Assembly: GCA_016748015.1 (NCBI GenBank)
Contig: JAAOMT010000129.1
Coordinates: 1,097,206-1,161,205 of the forward strand
DNA from: Geosiphon pyriformis uo1
Taxonomy: Eukaryota; Fungi; Glomeromycota
Direction: 5' to 3'
DNA length: 64,000 bases
How positions within the stretch are numbered: the first letter of the stretch is position 1; each line of letters opens with the position of its first letter. Below the pieces are notes generated by a model. The model saw only the letters and a program-made list of their open reading frames with translations, did not search any database and was not told the origin of the DNA. The position numbers were made by a program, and so were the translations under genes. Below, in pieces: positions 27,901-41,066 of the stretch.

Positions 27901-29875
27901 AAGCTATGTTGTTTATTAGTAATTCAAAAATTTTGGTAGCCAAAAAGAACAAGTCTTATAAATATTTGGAAATTTTTTTGTTAACTAATAGTTTGTTTAA
28001 ACTAAACTTGGCCAAAGTATATTTTAATATCAAATTTTTTTTAAATATGATTTTAAAAAAAATTATTATTGAAAAACAATTTTTGTATTTGGTGTTTGCT
28101 GTTTTATAGTTCATAATTGGCTATAGAATACAGTTTGGTTGGGCTTTAAAAAATATGTATAAGAAATAAGACAAAATATTGAAAAAAAAGTTAAAGCTCA
28201 AAACCAATCTTTTTAAGAATTTTTTTAATAAAATATTATATTATTCTATGTTGTATAGTTTTAAAATATTTATATATATACTGACTAAAAATTTAATGAC
28301 TAATCTAGTTAATTTTGCCAATATAAGTAAAATCTTTGGCAGTTTATTTGAACACAGAACTATGAATCTACAAGCTATTAGCTAAATGTCTCAGTATTTT
28401 TTTTGAGTTTTAATTAAGTTGCCAATTAATCTTATGAATTGTTTTCTAACAGATATGATATGTATTTTTGCTTTTTGTAATTTGTTTTTAAGGAGTAATT
28501 TGTTTAATGTTTTTTAAATTAGAAGTAGTATTATTGTTTTAAATATATTGGAGTTGGATAGTTATATAAGTATAGTAAGATTTTTCAAGAAGTTTAATAT
28601 TATTTTTGTTAACCAATTCCTAGATCAATATAGCACATGCTTTATATAAAACATGTTTTACAAATAGAAAAAACTAAATTCTAAAGATCCAATCTCTGAC
28701 TGATTTAGTTTACTAATCAAGTTTATTAATAATAATAATTTGGTAGATGCTAATATATTGGTTTTTTATTTTATTTTTGTTAACTATCTTTGTGATTTTA
28801 GTTATATTAATAAACATTTGCTGAATTTTGGGTCAATTAATGTAATTGTTTATATAGATAGTTCTGTTAACAGTTTAGGTTTAATAAATGCATATAAACA
28901 GTGCTGCTATTTATTTTTCAAATGTTAAAATAAGTATTAGAATTAAAAAAAATAATTTGTTTTTCTTAATTTTGGTAAAATTGCAAACTATTGCTTTTGT
29001 TTTAGATTGTATACTTGTTTTAAGCTTTGTTATTCTGTTTATGAACAGCCAAACTTTGCTGAATATATACTGTTTTAATTAATTTGGTTCTGATTTTTGC
29101 AGTAAATACTGAATTAAGAAAAAATATATTTACTAAGTTATTTTAAAAAAAGTTTATTAGTTGCTTGGAGAAAAATTAAAGATTATTCTAATATTGTTAA
29201 AAATAGGTGTGCTAATTTTTATGCCAATATTGTTATTGGATCTAAGTTTACTTTGTTTTTTTAAATACTATGCTGTTTTTTTAGTGTTAAAAGCAAACTT
29301 GTTTTTAGAAAAATTTATCAATTTGTTAGAAGCTTGTTTAATATAATTAATTTCATTAGTTAAAAATTTAGATATAATAATAATACTGTAAATATAAGTA
29401 TTAACAGTAGTTTTAACATAATTTGGACTTTTAGTATTTAGTACTCTAATAACAAGATCTATTTCAGTTACATTAACTTGTTATTGACAGCACTTTAATT
29501 ATATTTTATAAAAAAATTGCATTGTTATTTACTTATAACTAAAAAAAATTATATAATCTGAAATATTTGAGTATAACTTGTATCTAATATAAAATGTTGA
29601 AAGATTCTAATTACACATTTTTATATAAACATGATAACAATGTCAGAGAAAAATTATTATTGAATACATCTACTAAGAGAAATATAATTGTTTAGATTTT
29701 GTACAAGACCAAATTGTTTACTAAATTATATATATTATTGGTTAAAAACATCCATTAAAAAGTTAGGTGGCTAATACAATATAATGTTTGAGTAATGGAT
29801 CTAATAATAGTGCATTAATTGTTAAATTGGTTCATGGTTTTGTTGAGAGCTACAGATTTGTCATTTGGCTACTGA

Positions 29876-32800
29876 TATTATTCATAAAAATAAGAATTAT
29901 AATAAATAAAATAATAGTCAATAAAAGAAAAAAATAATAAAAAGAAGAATTTTAGAATTTTTTTTAAAGAATTGCAAAATTTTAAAATTCCAAGATTTTT
30001 GTTAAAAAAAATTAAAAAATTTTAAGGAATTTTATATAATATAAATTATATATATATAATAAGAGTATTAAAAGCAGAAAAAGTAGTTCGAAATTTAGAA
30101 ACAGAACAGTAGTTTGCAATAAATAATTATTTTAATACTTATTTTTTTAAAAAATAGTTTTTTATAACTTAAAATAAAATTATAACTATATCAATAAAAA
30201 TATCTATTACTATTCAATTTATGTTATCATTACTTAATTAGAAATATTAATTTATTTTACACTATTAATAATTTATATTGATAGAATACAATACTTAATT
30301 ATACTGAACCAATAGCTTTTGATCATAACTATTAATAAAATATTAATTTTTTATTTTATTTTTTATTTTTATTTTTTGTTGTTTAATAATTAACTAAGGA
30401 ATTAAGTACTAAATAATTAACATCAAGAATAGTCTGGTAAAAAACTTAAAAATAGCTTACTAAAAGAGCACAATTACCAGAATAAACCAGATATTATGCT
30501 AAAAAGATTCACAGAAAAAAACCATTAACTAAATTTCTGTTTATTATACAAAAAACTTAACTCAAAATTTTTAAACACTAAAATCTTCAGAAATCTCTAT
30601 CATCAACAGCTATTAAGTACCAAGTTATAAGTTTGTTATTTTTTTTAACACTTCAATAATTATTTGTAATATTTAGTGCTTCTTGTAAAATATAATCTAA
30701 CAAAAAACTAACACCAACATTAACTATTCAGAAAAGTGGCAAACCAAAAAATTATAGAAAAAAACTATTTAAAATTTGCGAAATTTTTATTTTAATACTA
30801 TTAAATTTATTTTGAACTAATAAATAATTATTGGTTAACAGAATTAGCCTTCAATTTCTATGTAAATAAAAAAATTATACACTATTTAAGAGACCAAAAA
30901 AATTCAGGAACTGTTATCAGAAATTTCTACAGTAAGCTATTACAATATATTAGTTTCTCACAAAATCATAATTTTGTCTTAATAATAACAGAGATAAATT
31001 ATGAAATCAAAAATTATGCCAAACAGAGATTCTTTATTATTTTTATTGACAAAGAAAAAAAAAAGCTATAAATCTCAACAGAAACATCAAAAAAAATACA
31101 ACTGTCTATTTAAAAAAAAATAAAAGTTGTTTTATTCATTAACTTATTATATTATTACATGTTTAAAAACACCATTCAGATAACATTAACAATTGTGTTT
31201 ATGTCAAAAACATTATTATTCAGAGTATTATTCCAAAATAACCAAGAAAAAGCTAAATTACTAAAAATTTATAGCAATTTTTTTAAAGAATTTAAATTGT
31301 GACCAACAATTTTATTAAGACTTCAATAACTATTACCTCAACTAAATTTCGAATCTAACAGTAATTGGGCAAACACCAATTTAGAAAAAAAGAAAACAAT
31401 AATTAGAAAAATAATAATCAAAACCTGATTCTAAATAATCTGGAAATCCAAATTTTTATTGTTAAAATTCAGCAAAACCCAGTTCTTATTCTTCTACAAA
31501 ACTTATCTCCAGTTATTTCGATTAATTAACCATCAGTAATACCAATTCAATAACTTTAACAATCACAATAACTTACACAAATAGCATATATACCAATTGC
31601 CAAACTCAAAAAATTCATTAGTAAAAAAAACAATGCCCAAGCATAACTAAATAATATGACAAAACTCATTGCAACCAATAAATAAAACAATGTCAAAGCA
31701 TTTCAAACTATTTTATATTTTTTTTAAAATACTATTAACTTATGATATTAAAGCTTGATTAACAAATCACAAACTTTTATTAAGTTTAAAACTGGGTTTT
31801 TGCAATATTTTAGTAACATTAATAGTATTAATTAATTATTAATTGGATTTACTATTATTAAACAAAATAATACTAAAACAGTTACTATGTATCTGAAATG
31901 TTTCCATTAAAATCTCTACTCAATCCAAATAATTAAAGCTAATTATTTTACAGTATCACAAATCTTAAATAAATTCATTTGTAAATTACATAATAGTTTG
32001 TTATAACAAGTATGCTTAATGTACTCAAATACTCTTCAAAATACAGTACCAAAGATTTTGAATTGGCTGAACTCAAAACCAACCATGTCCAAACTATTAA
32101 TCTAGTAATAAACAAATTATTTAAACTAAATTCTAAGCTAAAACAATTCAGTAATTTAATCAACCAAAAATTAAAAAAATACTTAGCTAACAATTTAACA
32201 ATTTATTAGTCTTTATAATATCACAACAATTAAAGAAACTCCAATTATTTTTATAATTATTTGCATCTATTATCATTTTCAGCAAATTAATTATGACAGT
32301 AAAAAATATGTAATTGCTACTACTATGGTAAACAGAGCTATCTAAAAGCAGATTACTGTTTTAAATTTAATAACTTACAATTAAGAAACCAATATAAAAA
32401 CTCTAATTGCAAGTTTCAAACTCCAAATTACATTAACAATTTATTATCAAAACTATACCAATACCAAATTCATTATGCACCAATAATACAGCAACCAATA
32501 TATTTATCTTTTATTAAATTCTAACACCAATAATTTATTAATTACAATTATAAGTAATCTATCAGCTCCAACTTATTCTAAAATACTGTGTTAATATTAA
32601 ATAGAATCCAAAGACTGAAAATTATATTATATACACACAACAAAACTGGAAATTGGTAATAGTTATATACCAATCAATTTCCAGTTCATTAAACCAGTTA
32701 TCAGAATTATGCCAACAAAATTCAAAAAATAAGTACATCTAAAATCTAAATTTTCAGAGCTATTTAAGTTTTTTAATTACTCTAGAAAATGCTTAATTTA

Positions 32801-35800
32801 ACAATTTGAAATTATCAACATAACTACTAATTAATAAAATTCTATTAATAACTGTTATAAAAGACAAATTATTAGTCATTATCTTTTTATTTGAGTTAAA
32901 AAACCAATCAAAAACCTTGTTATTTAGTAAAGCTATTCTTAATGCCAAATTTATTACTACTATGTACATTGATACCAAAGTTGATAATTAATTTATCAAG
33001 CTAATTTTTGATAATAAGTCAGTAAGCAGTATTATTACATAATAACTTATAAACTAATTAAGTTACCAAGTTAATTAAGCTACTAATACCAGAATTATTA
33101 CTACTAATAAAACAACCAAAACACTTATTAAGAAGATCAATAACTTTTTAGTTAAAGTTAAAAACATTATTACATTTATCAAAATTCTAGTTATAAAAGC
33201 CATACAATATTAAGCTCTTATTGGTAATAACTGGCTGTTCAAAACTAATACTATACTTGACTGAAATACTTAAGAGCTTTAGTTAATATTTAATAATCAG
33301 CATATTTAAGTACTTGCTATCTGTAGTTACTTTAAAGCTTCTTTAAAAAAGCAATTATTAATTGAGCTCAAAGAAAAAAAAATCTATTTAAGAAGTTTAT
33401 CAAGTTTTGTGGATTGAAGATAATTACAACAAACTGCTACCAATATTTTTCTAAAACAACAAGAAAAAAAAAAAAAAAGACAAACTTCAAGCTACTGCTA
33501 TTACCAAAAAAACAGTTAACAGTTAGTATAAATCATACTCAATCTCAGAATTAAAAAAATAATTACTCTATATCTTATTCAAATACAAAGACTGTAAAAA
33601 AAAGCTTTTTTTTATAAAAGCTTGGATTTTGTACAAAAAAAACTATAAAACACATATCTGCTGTTATTGTAAAACATATCACAAAAAATGTTTTGGTTAT
33701 TCAAAACAACAGAAAAAATAAAACAATAAACCATGTCTTATTTGTAAAGAAACATTACTTTATAAAAGAATATGAAATAACATTCTTAGTCATAGAAAAA
33801 TATATAACACATTATATCAATACATAATCTTTATAACAACTGAATAAACAGAGAAACATCTTTTAACACCATATAAAATCAAGTGCTTTTATGCTTAAAC
33901 AGTTATTCATATAATAAAAGCAAGATTTAAAGAATAATAAGTGCCAAAATCAAAGACACTTTATTCAGTAAAATTTTGGTGATTAAAAATACCTACCAGA
34001 ATTTGTTGACACTATTTTTATTCCAAACCCAAACATATTTGTTAATATAATAAACAATTCAAAACAATTTTATAAACACTACCAAGATTTAACATCTATA
34101 CAAAAAGAGCAAAAACAGTATTTAGAATAATTAAACATAAGATTTTATAAATATTGTCTAACTTTCAGTAACTTTAAATATTGTAACAATTATAACTTTA
34201 TTTACAATCTATTATTATACATATTCTATTTAATTCCCAAAGAAAAAAAACCAATTAATAAATATATTTTGGAATTGAAATTAAAATTTAAATTGCAATT
34301 CAAACTCTAATACTAATAGCAATAGTAGTTTTATTTACAATAACAACCACAATAATGACAATTTAAAATCTAATTTAAATCTTAAACAATATATTACATT
34401 TTCAAATCTTTTAAAAAAGCAGAAACTTAAATAGTTTAGTAATAATAATAAAAGTATTATGTCAGAACATATATATAACACTAATGCAGAGTTTGATCTC
34501 AGATATCAAAAAAAAACTATCATCTAATTAAAACTCTATTTACATATCAGCATAGATTTAAAATTAGCACTAAAAATTTCAGCAATAACAATAGTTTATT
34601 TAGTATTTAAATCTAGTTTAGTAAAAAAAGGAATTAATATCAAAGAAAAAATAATTGATATAAGATATATAGGAAATATTGTTGTAATACTACAAAATAA
34701 CTCAAAAATGATACATAATTGAACCAAATAAAAAGATAGCATAAACAATATTCTTGCTTCTAATTAAAATAACTTAGTTAGTATTAGTAAGAACAAAAAA
34801 AGAGTTAGGAATAATAGCAAAAAAAATAAATTGATTTAGATCTACAGATAGAATAAAGATACTAATTAATATAGTAAAAGAAAAAATAATTAATCAGAGA
34901 AAAACTATCTCTATTTATTAATCAATTTTTATTCTACTATATAACCAGCATATATTAATTATAAAAAAGCAAATAAAAAATTAATTTCAGATTTTTGAAA
35001 TAAATTTTATTATTTGTGAATTAAGAAAAATTACTATCATCAATTTCTATATATTAGTTAAGAACTACAAACACATTAAGATTCTAATACACAATACAAT
35101 TAAAGATTTAATAAAAATATCAAGTAAAATTATCATCAGATACTTAAACATTAAAGTTGAAAATCAAGTATTAATTACTATTTTAAACTTTTTATAACTG
35201 TGTAAATATGTGAACATTATATTACAGACAATTTATGAATAAGAAGAATGTTATTTGTTATAACTAAAACAATTAGAGCAAATAAAATTAAGAAACTTAA
35301 ACTTACTTCAATATATGTAGCTTAAGTTATTATTCAATAATTTTACTAATATTTTTGCAAATAAAAATAAATTTAACAGAACTGATATTATTTAATATCA
35401 GATCAAAACCGAAAATACAATGCCAATTAAGCAAAAAGTATATCAAATACCACTTACTAGTTATAAAATTATTTGTTAAGAAATCAACCATATTTTAAAC
35501 AATGAGTTAATTTATTTAAGCTCTAGTATTAATCTATTCAAATCACAACAGCCTATTTATTATTACTATTAATACATTAGGTCAAGTATTAAAAACAGTG
35601 CTATTACAAAAAAATGTAATAAATAAGAACATTTAGTGGTATATATTAACCAAAGTTTGAATTCAGTTAAAAAGAACTAAAAAACTTTAGCACTAAAATA
35701 TTTAGCTATTTATTAAGCTGTTATAATATAGAAAAAATATTTAAGTTAGAAATTTGATATATATACTAATTACAAAAAATTAACATTAATCTAAAAGCAA

Positions 35801-38800
35801 GAATTTAAAAATAATTGTTATACAAAATAGAAAATAGAACTCTTATTATTTAATTATACAGTACACTATAAAAAAACAAAAATACTGATAGTTTATTATG
35901 AATAAGACATATTTAAAAACATTTCAATCCAAAAATATAACAAAAAATAAACACACAAAAATATTAACAACTTTAATATTATATTAATACTTAACAATTT
36001 AAAGAAAAATCATCTCAAAAAAAACAAAACCATATAAAACAAAAATCAAAATATTTTATTACTTATTTAAATATACTATATTAAAAAAACAGAAAAAATC
36101 TAAACCAGTTATTTAAAGTAATTATGAAATCAGAAAAAAAACAATACTATTTAACATATACTCAAATTCAATTACAAGACACTTCCATAAAAAGCAACTA
36201 TAAAAAGAATTAAAAAAAAATATTATTAATTATTAATATATTCAAATATTATTTAATATGTTTAAAATTATAATGTTTATCAAAAAAAAAGGAACAAAAT
36301 TCAATGAACCATTAAAACCAATCAAAATAGGACAACTATTTGATTAAATTAGAATTGATTTAGTCAAATTACTAACTATAATTAGCAAAAACAACCAATA
36401 CATAATAGTAGTTATGGATTATTTTACAAAATAACCAGAAGTTAAAGCAATTCAAAGAACAAATACAGAATTTATAGCCAAATTTGTATACCAAAATTTG
36501 ATTTATTAACATAGATATTCAAAAAAATTATTATCAAACAAATAACTTATTTTGTAAACAAAACATTAACAGAATTAAGTCAAAGATTTGAAATTAAAAA
36601 ATCATTATTATTATCATATTACTTATAAACAAATAGCTTAGTTAAAAGGTTTAACAAAATATTATGTAAAGTAATAGTTAAGATTAGCCAAAAAACCAGA
36701 ATAAATGAAATTTGTTTATATTATTAGTATTATTTGTTTATTAAATAATAAAGCAAGATACTATACAAGCAATATTAATTAAATTAGTTTATAGTAGAAC
36801 AGTCACACTATCAGTTAAGATAAATTTTAATTAAACCAATAACAAAAGCCAATTTCTAAAAAATATTGTTAAGAAAAACATATGATTTAATAGAAACTCT
36901 AGAGAATAAAAGGCAAAAAGCAGTTGATAACATACAAAAGTCACAAACAAAACAAAAAAAACAACATAACAACCAGTTATTAAATAAACTAGTCGAATTT
37001 AGGATTAAAAACAAAGTATTTTTATATTATACCAAAGTTAAAAAACAATAGAGTGAAAAGTTTGATTCTAAATGAAACAGTTTATTTTATATTGAATAAA
37101 TTTTGGAAAACAAAGCATACAAGTTAAGATGGAACAACAAAATTTTAACCAAAGCAGCACATAATGATTAATTAAAATTATATCACAATATAATATTATT
37201 ATCTATTAATAATATTTCACAATTGGAAGTACAATAAATATTAATCCAACTAAATAAGATTTCACAAGATCTAAAACTAATTATAATTATTAACACAAAT
37301 ATATTAAATTAATTTACAAGAATAGTATATAAAAAACCAATACATGTAACAAAAACAAACAAAAAATAAAAATTATTAACAATATTTACTTATTTGTACA
37401 ACAACTATTACAACTTATCCAACATCAAAAATCAAATTTAGAAATTACTATTAACAAATAAACAATCCAATATAAAAACAAAAAAATAAATCAAAAATTC
37501 CAAAAAAAAGAACAATATTCTAGATATTATACTTTTAAAAATTCAGTAGACAAAATAATGAGAAAAATAAAAAAGATACTGAAAACTTTAAGATAGTAAT
37601 ACCAGATAAAAATATAATACTAAAAAATTGAAACCAATAGACACAACAAATTTTCAAAAACTTTTGCTACTATTAGTTAAAACAAAAACTAAATATTCAA
37701 AACTTATATACAAATAAAACTAAAAGAATATTTAATATAACTATATTACAACAAATTAAACAAATTGTAAGAAAAAACAATTTATTTACATATGTAAAAG
37801 CCATTTATTAATTACAAATAAAATTTTAAGACTGGCCAGAAATATTGTTAAACTTAATAATAAATACAGTAACTATTAATTAACTGGAAAAATTAATCAA
37901 TATCCAATTTGACAAATTGCAGATAAAGCAATTTTCAAGAAAAAAGTTATAGAGCTAATCCAAAAGAAAAATTTAGGAGATCTTAATAAAGCTTAATATT
38001 AAAAGAAGAAAATAATATTATTCATAAAAATTAAGAATTATAATAAGTAGATAAAATAACCAATTAAAAATAAGCATAATAAAAAAAAGAATTCTAGGAT
38101 TTTTTTTAAAGAATTTTTTTAAAACAATTGAAAAATTTTTAAAAATTTTGTATAATATAAATTATGTATATATAGCAAGAGTATTAAAAGCAAAAAAAAA
38201 CAAATTCAAACAAAACAGTAGCTAATAATAACTATTTATCTTATATCTTTTTTTTAGAAATTATATTAATATTAATAAAATATCTAATTATTATTCAATC
38301 TATATTATCATTATTTGATTAAAAATATTAATTACTTTTTCTACTATTAACCACTTATGTTAATAAACTCCAATACTTAACTATATTAAAACAATAGTTT
38401 TTGATTATAGTTATTGATAAAGATATTAATTTCTTATTTTCTTTTATTTTCTTTTGTTTTATTTCTTTGTTGTTTACTAATTGATTAAAGAAATTAAACA
38501 CTAAATATTTAATATCAAAAATAATCTGGTAAAAAACCTAAAAACAAGAATAGAAATTTAAAAATAGCTTATTAGAAAGACATAACTGTTAAAATAAACT
38601 GGCTATTATGTTGAAAAAAAAATTTACAGAAGAAACCATCAATTAAATTTTTGTTTATTATACAAAAAATTCAATCAAAATTCTTAGAGATTACTAATAT
38701 TTTTAGCTATTAAGTATTAAGTTACAGATTTGTTATTTGTTCTAATGCCCTAAATAATTATTTATTATATTATTAACTAAATTTCTGTCTATTATACAAA

Positions 38801-38920
38801 AAACTCAACCCAAAACTTTCAGATACCAAAATCTTCAAAAACCATTATTATCAACAGTTATTAAGTACCAAGTTATAAATTTGTTATTTGTTTTAACATT
38901 CTAAATAATTATCTGTAATA
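29876..38920 (+). mobile_element. Ty3/Gypsy copy B (heavily decayed; RT core deleted)
   Basis: LTRs at 29876-30671 and 38016-38920, PBS remnant tagtgcttcttgt at 30674, PPT aaaagaagaaaataa before 38016. Colinear with copy E through gag, protease, Cys-rich domain and dUTPase (NTNAEFDLRY ~34480). Integrase remnants at 36340-37150. Flanks ctga/ttaa fit a transition-decayed 4-bp TSD. Confidence 0.92.
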
Positions 38921-39759
38921 TTAATTGCTAAGTTAAGATTTTATTACAAAAAACATAATTTTTTATTACAAAATAGATCTGTTATTTTTCTAATCTTTAA
39001 CTTATTGTCTTTGTGATCTTTTGAATTGATTTGCAGTTTTAATATTAGATTAGACATTTATGTTTGCTTTGAATTATATTTATGTTTGTCCAGATTAAGT
39101 TTTAGTTTTTTAAAAAATGTTTTTTCAATGATTAATTTAGGTATATAATGCTGTTTTGATTGGTTTAAGTGGCTGGTTATGTGTAAAAAAAACATAAATT
39201 ATGCTTAATTTAAAATTTTATTTGATTTTATGTTCTTAAGTAGTAGTTAAGTTGTATTCATAAAATAATAATAATAAAATTATTTTAATATATATTATTT
39301 AAATAAATAATAATAATTTTTAGTTTTTTGGTTGTTTAATTGCTAAATATTTTTTTTATTAATTAATACTACATATATATATATATATTTCTAATAATAA
39401 TAATTTTTTAATTTTTTTTAATTTTTTTTAAAAAATTTTTGGTATTTTTGAACTTTTTATTATTATATTATTTATAATTTATTATCTAATTAATCAATTA
39501 AAACTATTATTATTTTTTTTGTTTTTTATTCAAGTGTATTTAGGCTTTACTCATTAAAATAATAATAATAAAAAAATTCAAATAAAACAATTATATATAA
39601 AAAAACATAAATTATGTTTAATTTATAATAATTATTGTATTAATTTAAAAATATAATTAAATTTTTCTATATACATATTTTTAAGACCAATTTTTAAATA
39701 TATTTACACTTATATTAAATTTATTTAAAGCAAAAATCAATACAATAAATTTATTTTTT

Positions 39760-40010
39760 ATTTTTTATTATTATTATTATTTAATTTGTATAATTTTTAG
39801 TTTTTGTTAAGTATATTAAATAAATATTTACTAAAAAATATAATTAATATTTAATATTAAATTTTAAAAATGCTAATATAAGATATAAAATTATATTAAT
39901 ATGTTATTTTTTGTTAATAATATAAACTATTTTTAGATTTTTAGATTTTTTTGTTATTTTTTGGAAGAAATAATAACTAAAATATTTATAAAACTGATCT
40001 TACATAAAAA
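39760..40010 (-). repeat. Inverted homolog of the 12445-12680 tailed repeat
   Basis: The reverse complement aligns by eye with 12445-12680, including the (AAT)n tail. Confidence 0.65.
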
Positions 40011-41066
40011 TATTATTGTACATAAATTTATAATTAGCAAAATTAAAAATTATTAATAAATTTTATTAAATTTACAAAAAAAATTTATTGCTAATTTGTT
40101 TTAATAAAACATTTTTAAATTCTTTATTTTTTATATAATTTTAATAATAATAATATTGTTAATTGGTTTTTAAATATATATCTAATTTTGTAAAAAAAAT
40201 TTTATTGTATAATTATAAGATGTATAATTATATAAAAGTAAATTTGAAAAATAATATGCATAAAAAATATGTACTTATTTATAAGTTTTATTACAAAACC
40301 AGTAAAAACTGTATATTTAAAAAAAGTATACATTTAAGAATTATGTATTTAAAAAAATTTAATTGTAATTAAATTACACTTATTATTGCAAAAAAAGTAA
40401 TATATATCTTAAATATATGTGTTTTGCCAAATTATTTGGGTTTTATAAGCTAAAAAAAGCAAATACATATAATTTTACACATATTAGAATTAATAAATTA
40501 AGAATTTGTAAACTTAATTAATTTGTAAAACTTTTGATATTGTGTTATAATGTAGTTTTAATTGGCTTGAATGGCTAATCATACATTTATAACTATTAAG
40601 TTGTAAAATATTATTTATAACAAAATTTATAAATAATTTGCTGATTTGAAATTTTTAAGATTATTTAAGTCAAGAATCAAAACCCATAAAAAAACATGCA
40701 AAATCTAACAAACCCAACGAAAGAGGAGGGGTTAGTTGAATTTTATATTTATCAAACAACGTTGTGTATGATAAATGAAAGCATTGGTAATCTATGCAAT
40801 TTTTGAAAATCAGTGACTTTAAATATTTAACAAATGAAAAATTTCACGTTTCAATTTCCAAGAAATATTAATCATAAAAATCTCAGCATTAGCTTAAATT
40901 TGAATAAAAAAGGAATTTCTAAAAACCAAATAAATATATCTATCGTATGCATTCTGTAATAATCAAGAACCAATTCAAGTACTTTAGTAGTTTACCTAGG
41001 CTCATTCAAAATATCGTTAGCTGCAAATGAGAAACAAAGTACCCCTTCAGAAAAAGGTTGATTTCA

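Larger units (their letters stand above)
14100..39285 (+). mobile_element. Near-full-length decayed LINE (ORF1; ORF2 APE-RT-RNase H-Zn finger) split by two Gypsy insertions
   Basis: ORF1 spans 14100-15375 and 24954-25445 and reads through the insertion (RLAIIY|VKHSTL). APE: WKIAMCNIQSIN at ~25470. RT: PNRKAAALNNIFNEL at ~27005, EL*LVL*DIYKTYD at ~27390, FVDNTI* at ~27757. RNase H: VYIDSSV, LVKLQTIAFVLDC, LFMNSQ, WRKIKDYSNIVKNRCAN at 28845-29220. The C-terminus reads across the second insertion (VIWLL|IAKLRFYY). 3' UTR and (AAT)n tail end at ~39285. Confidence 0.85.
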
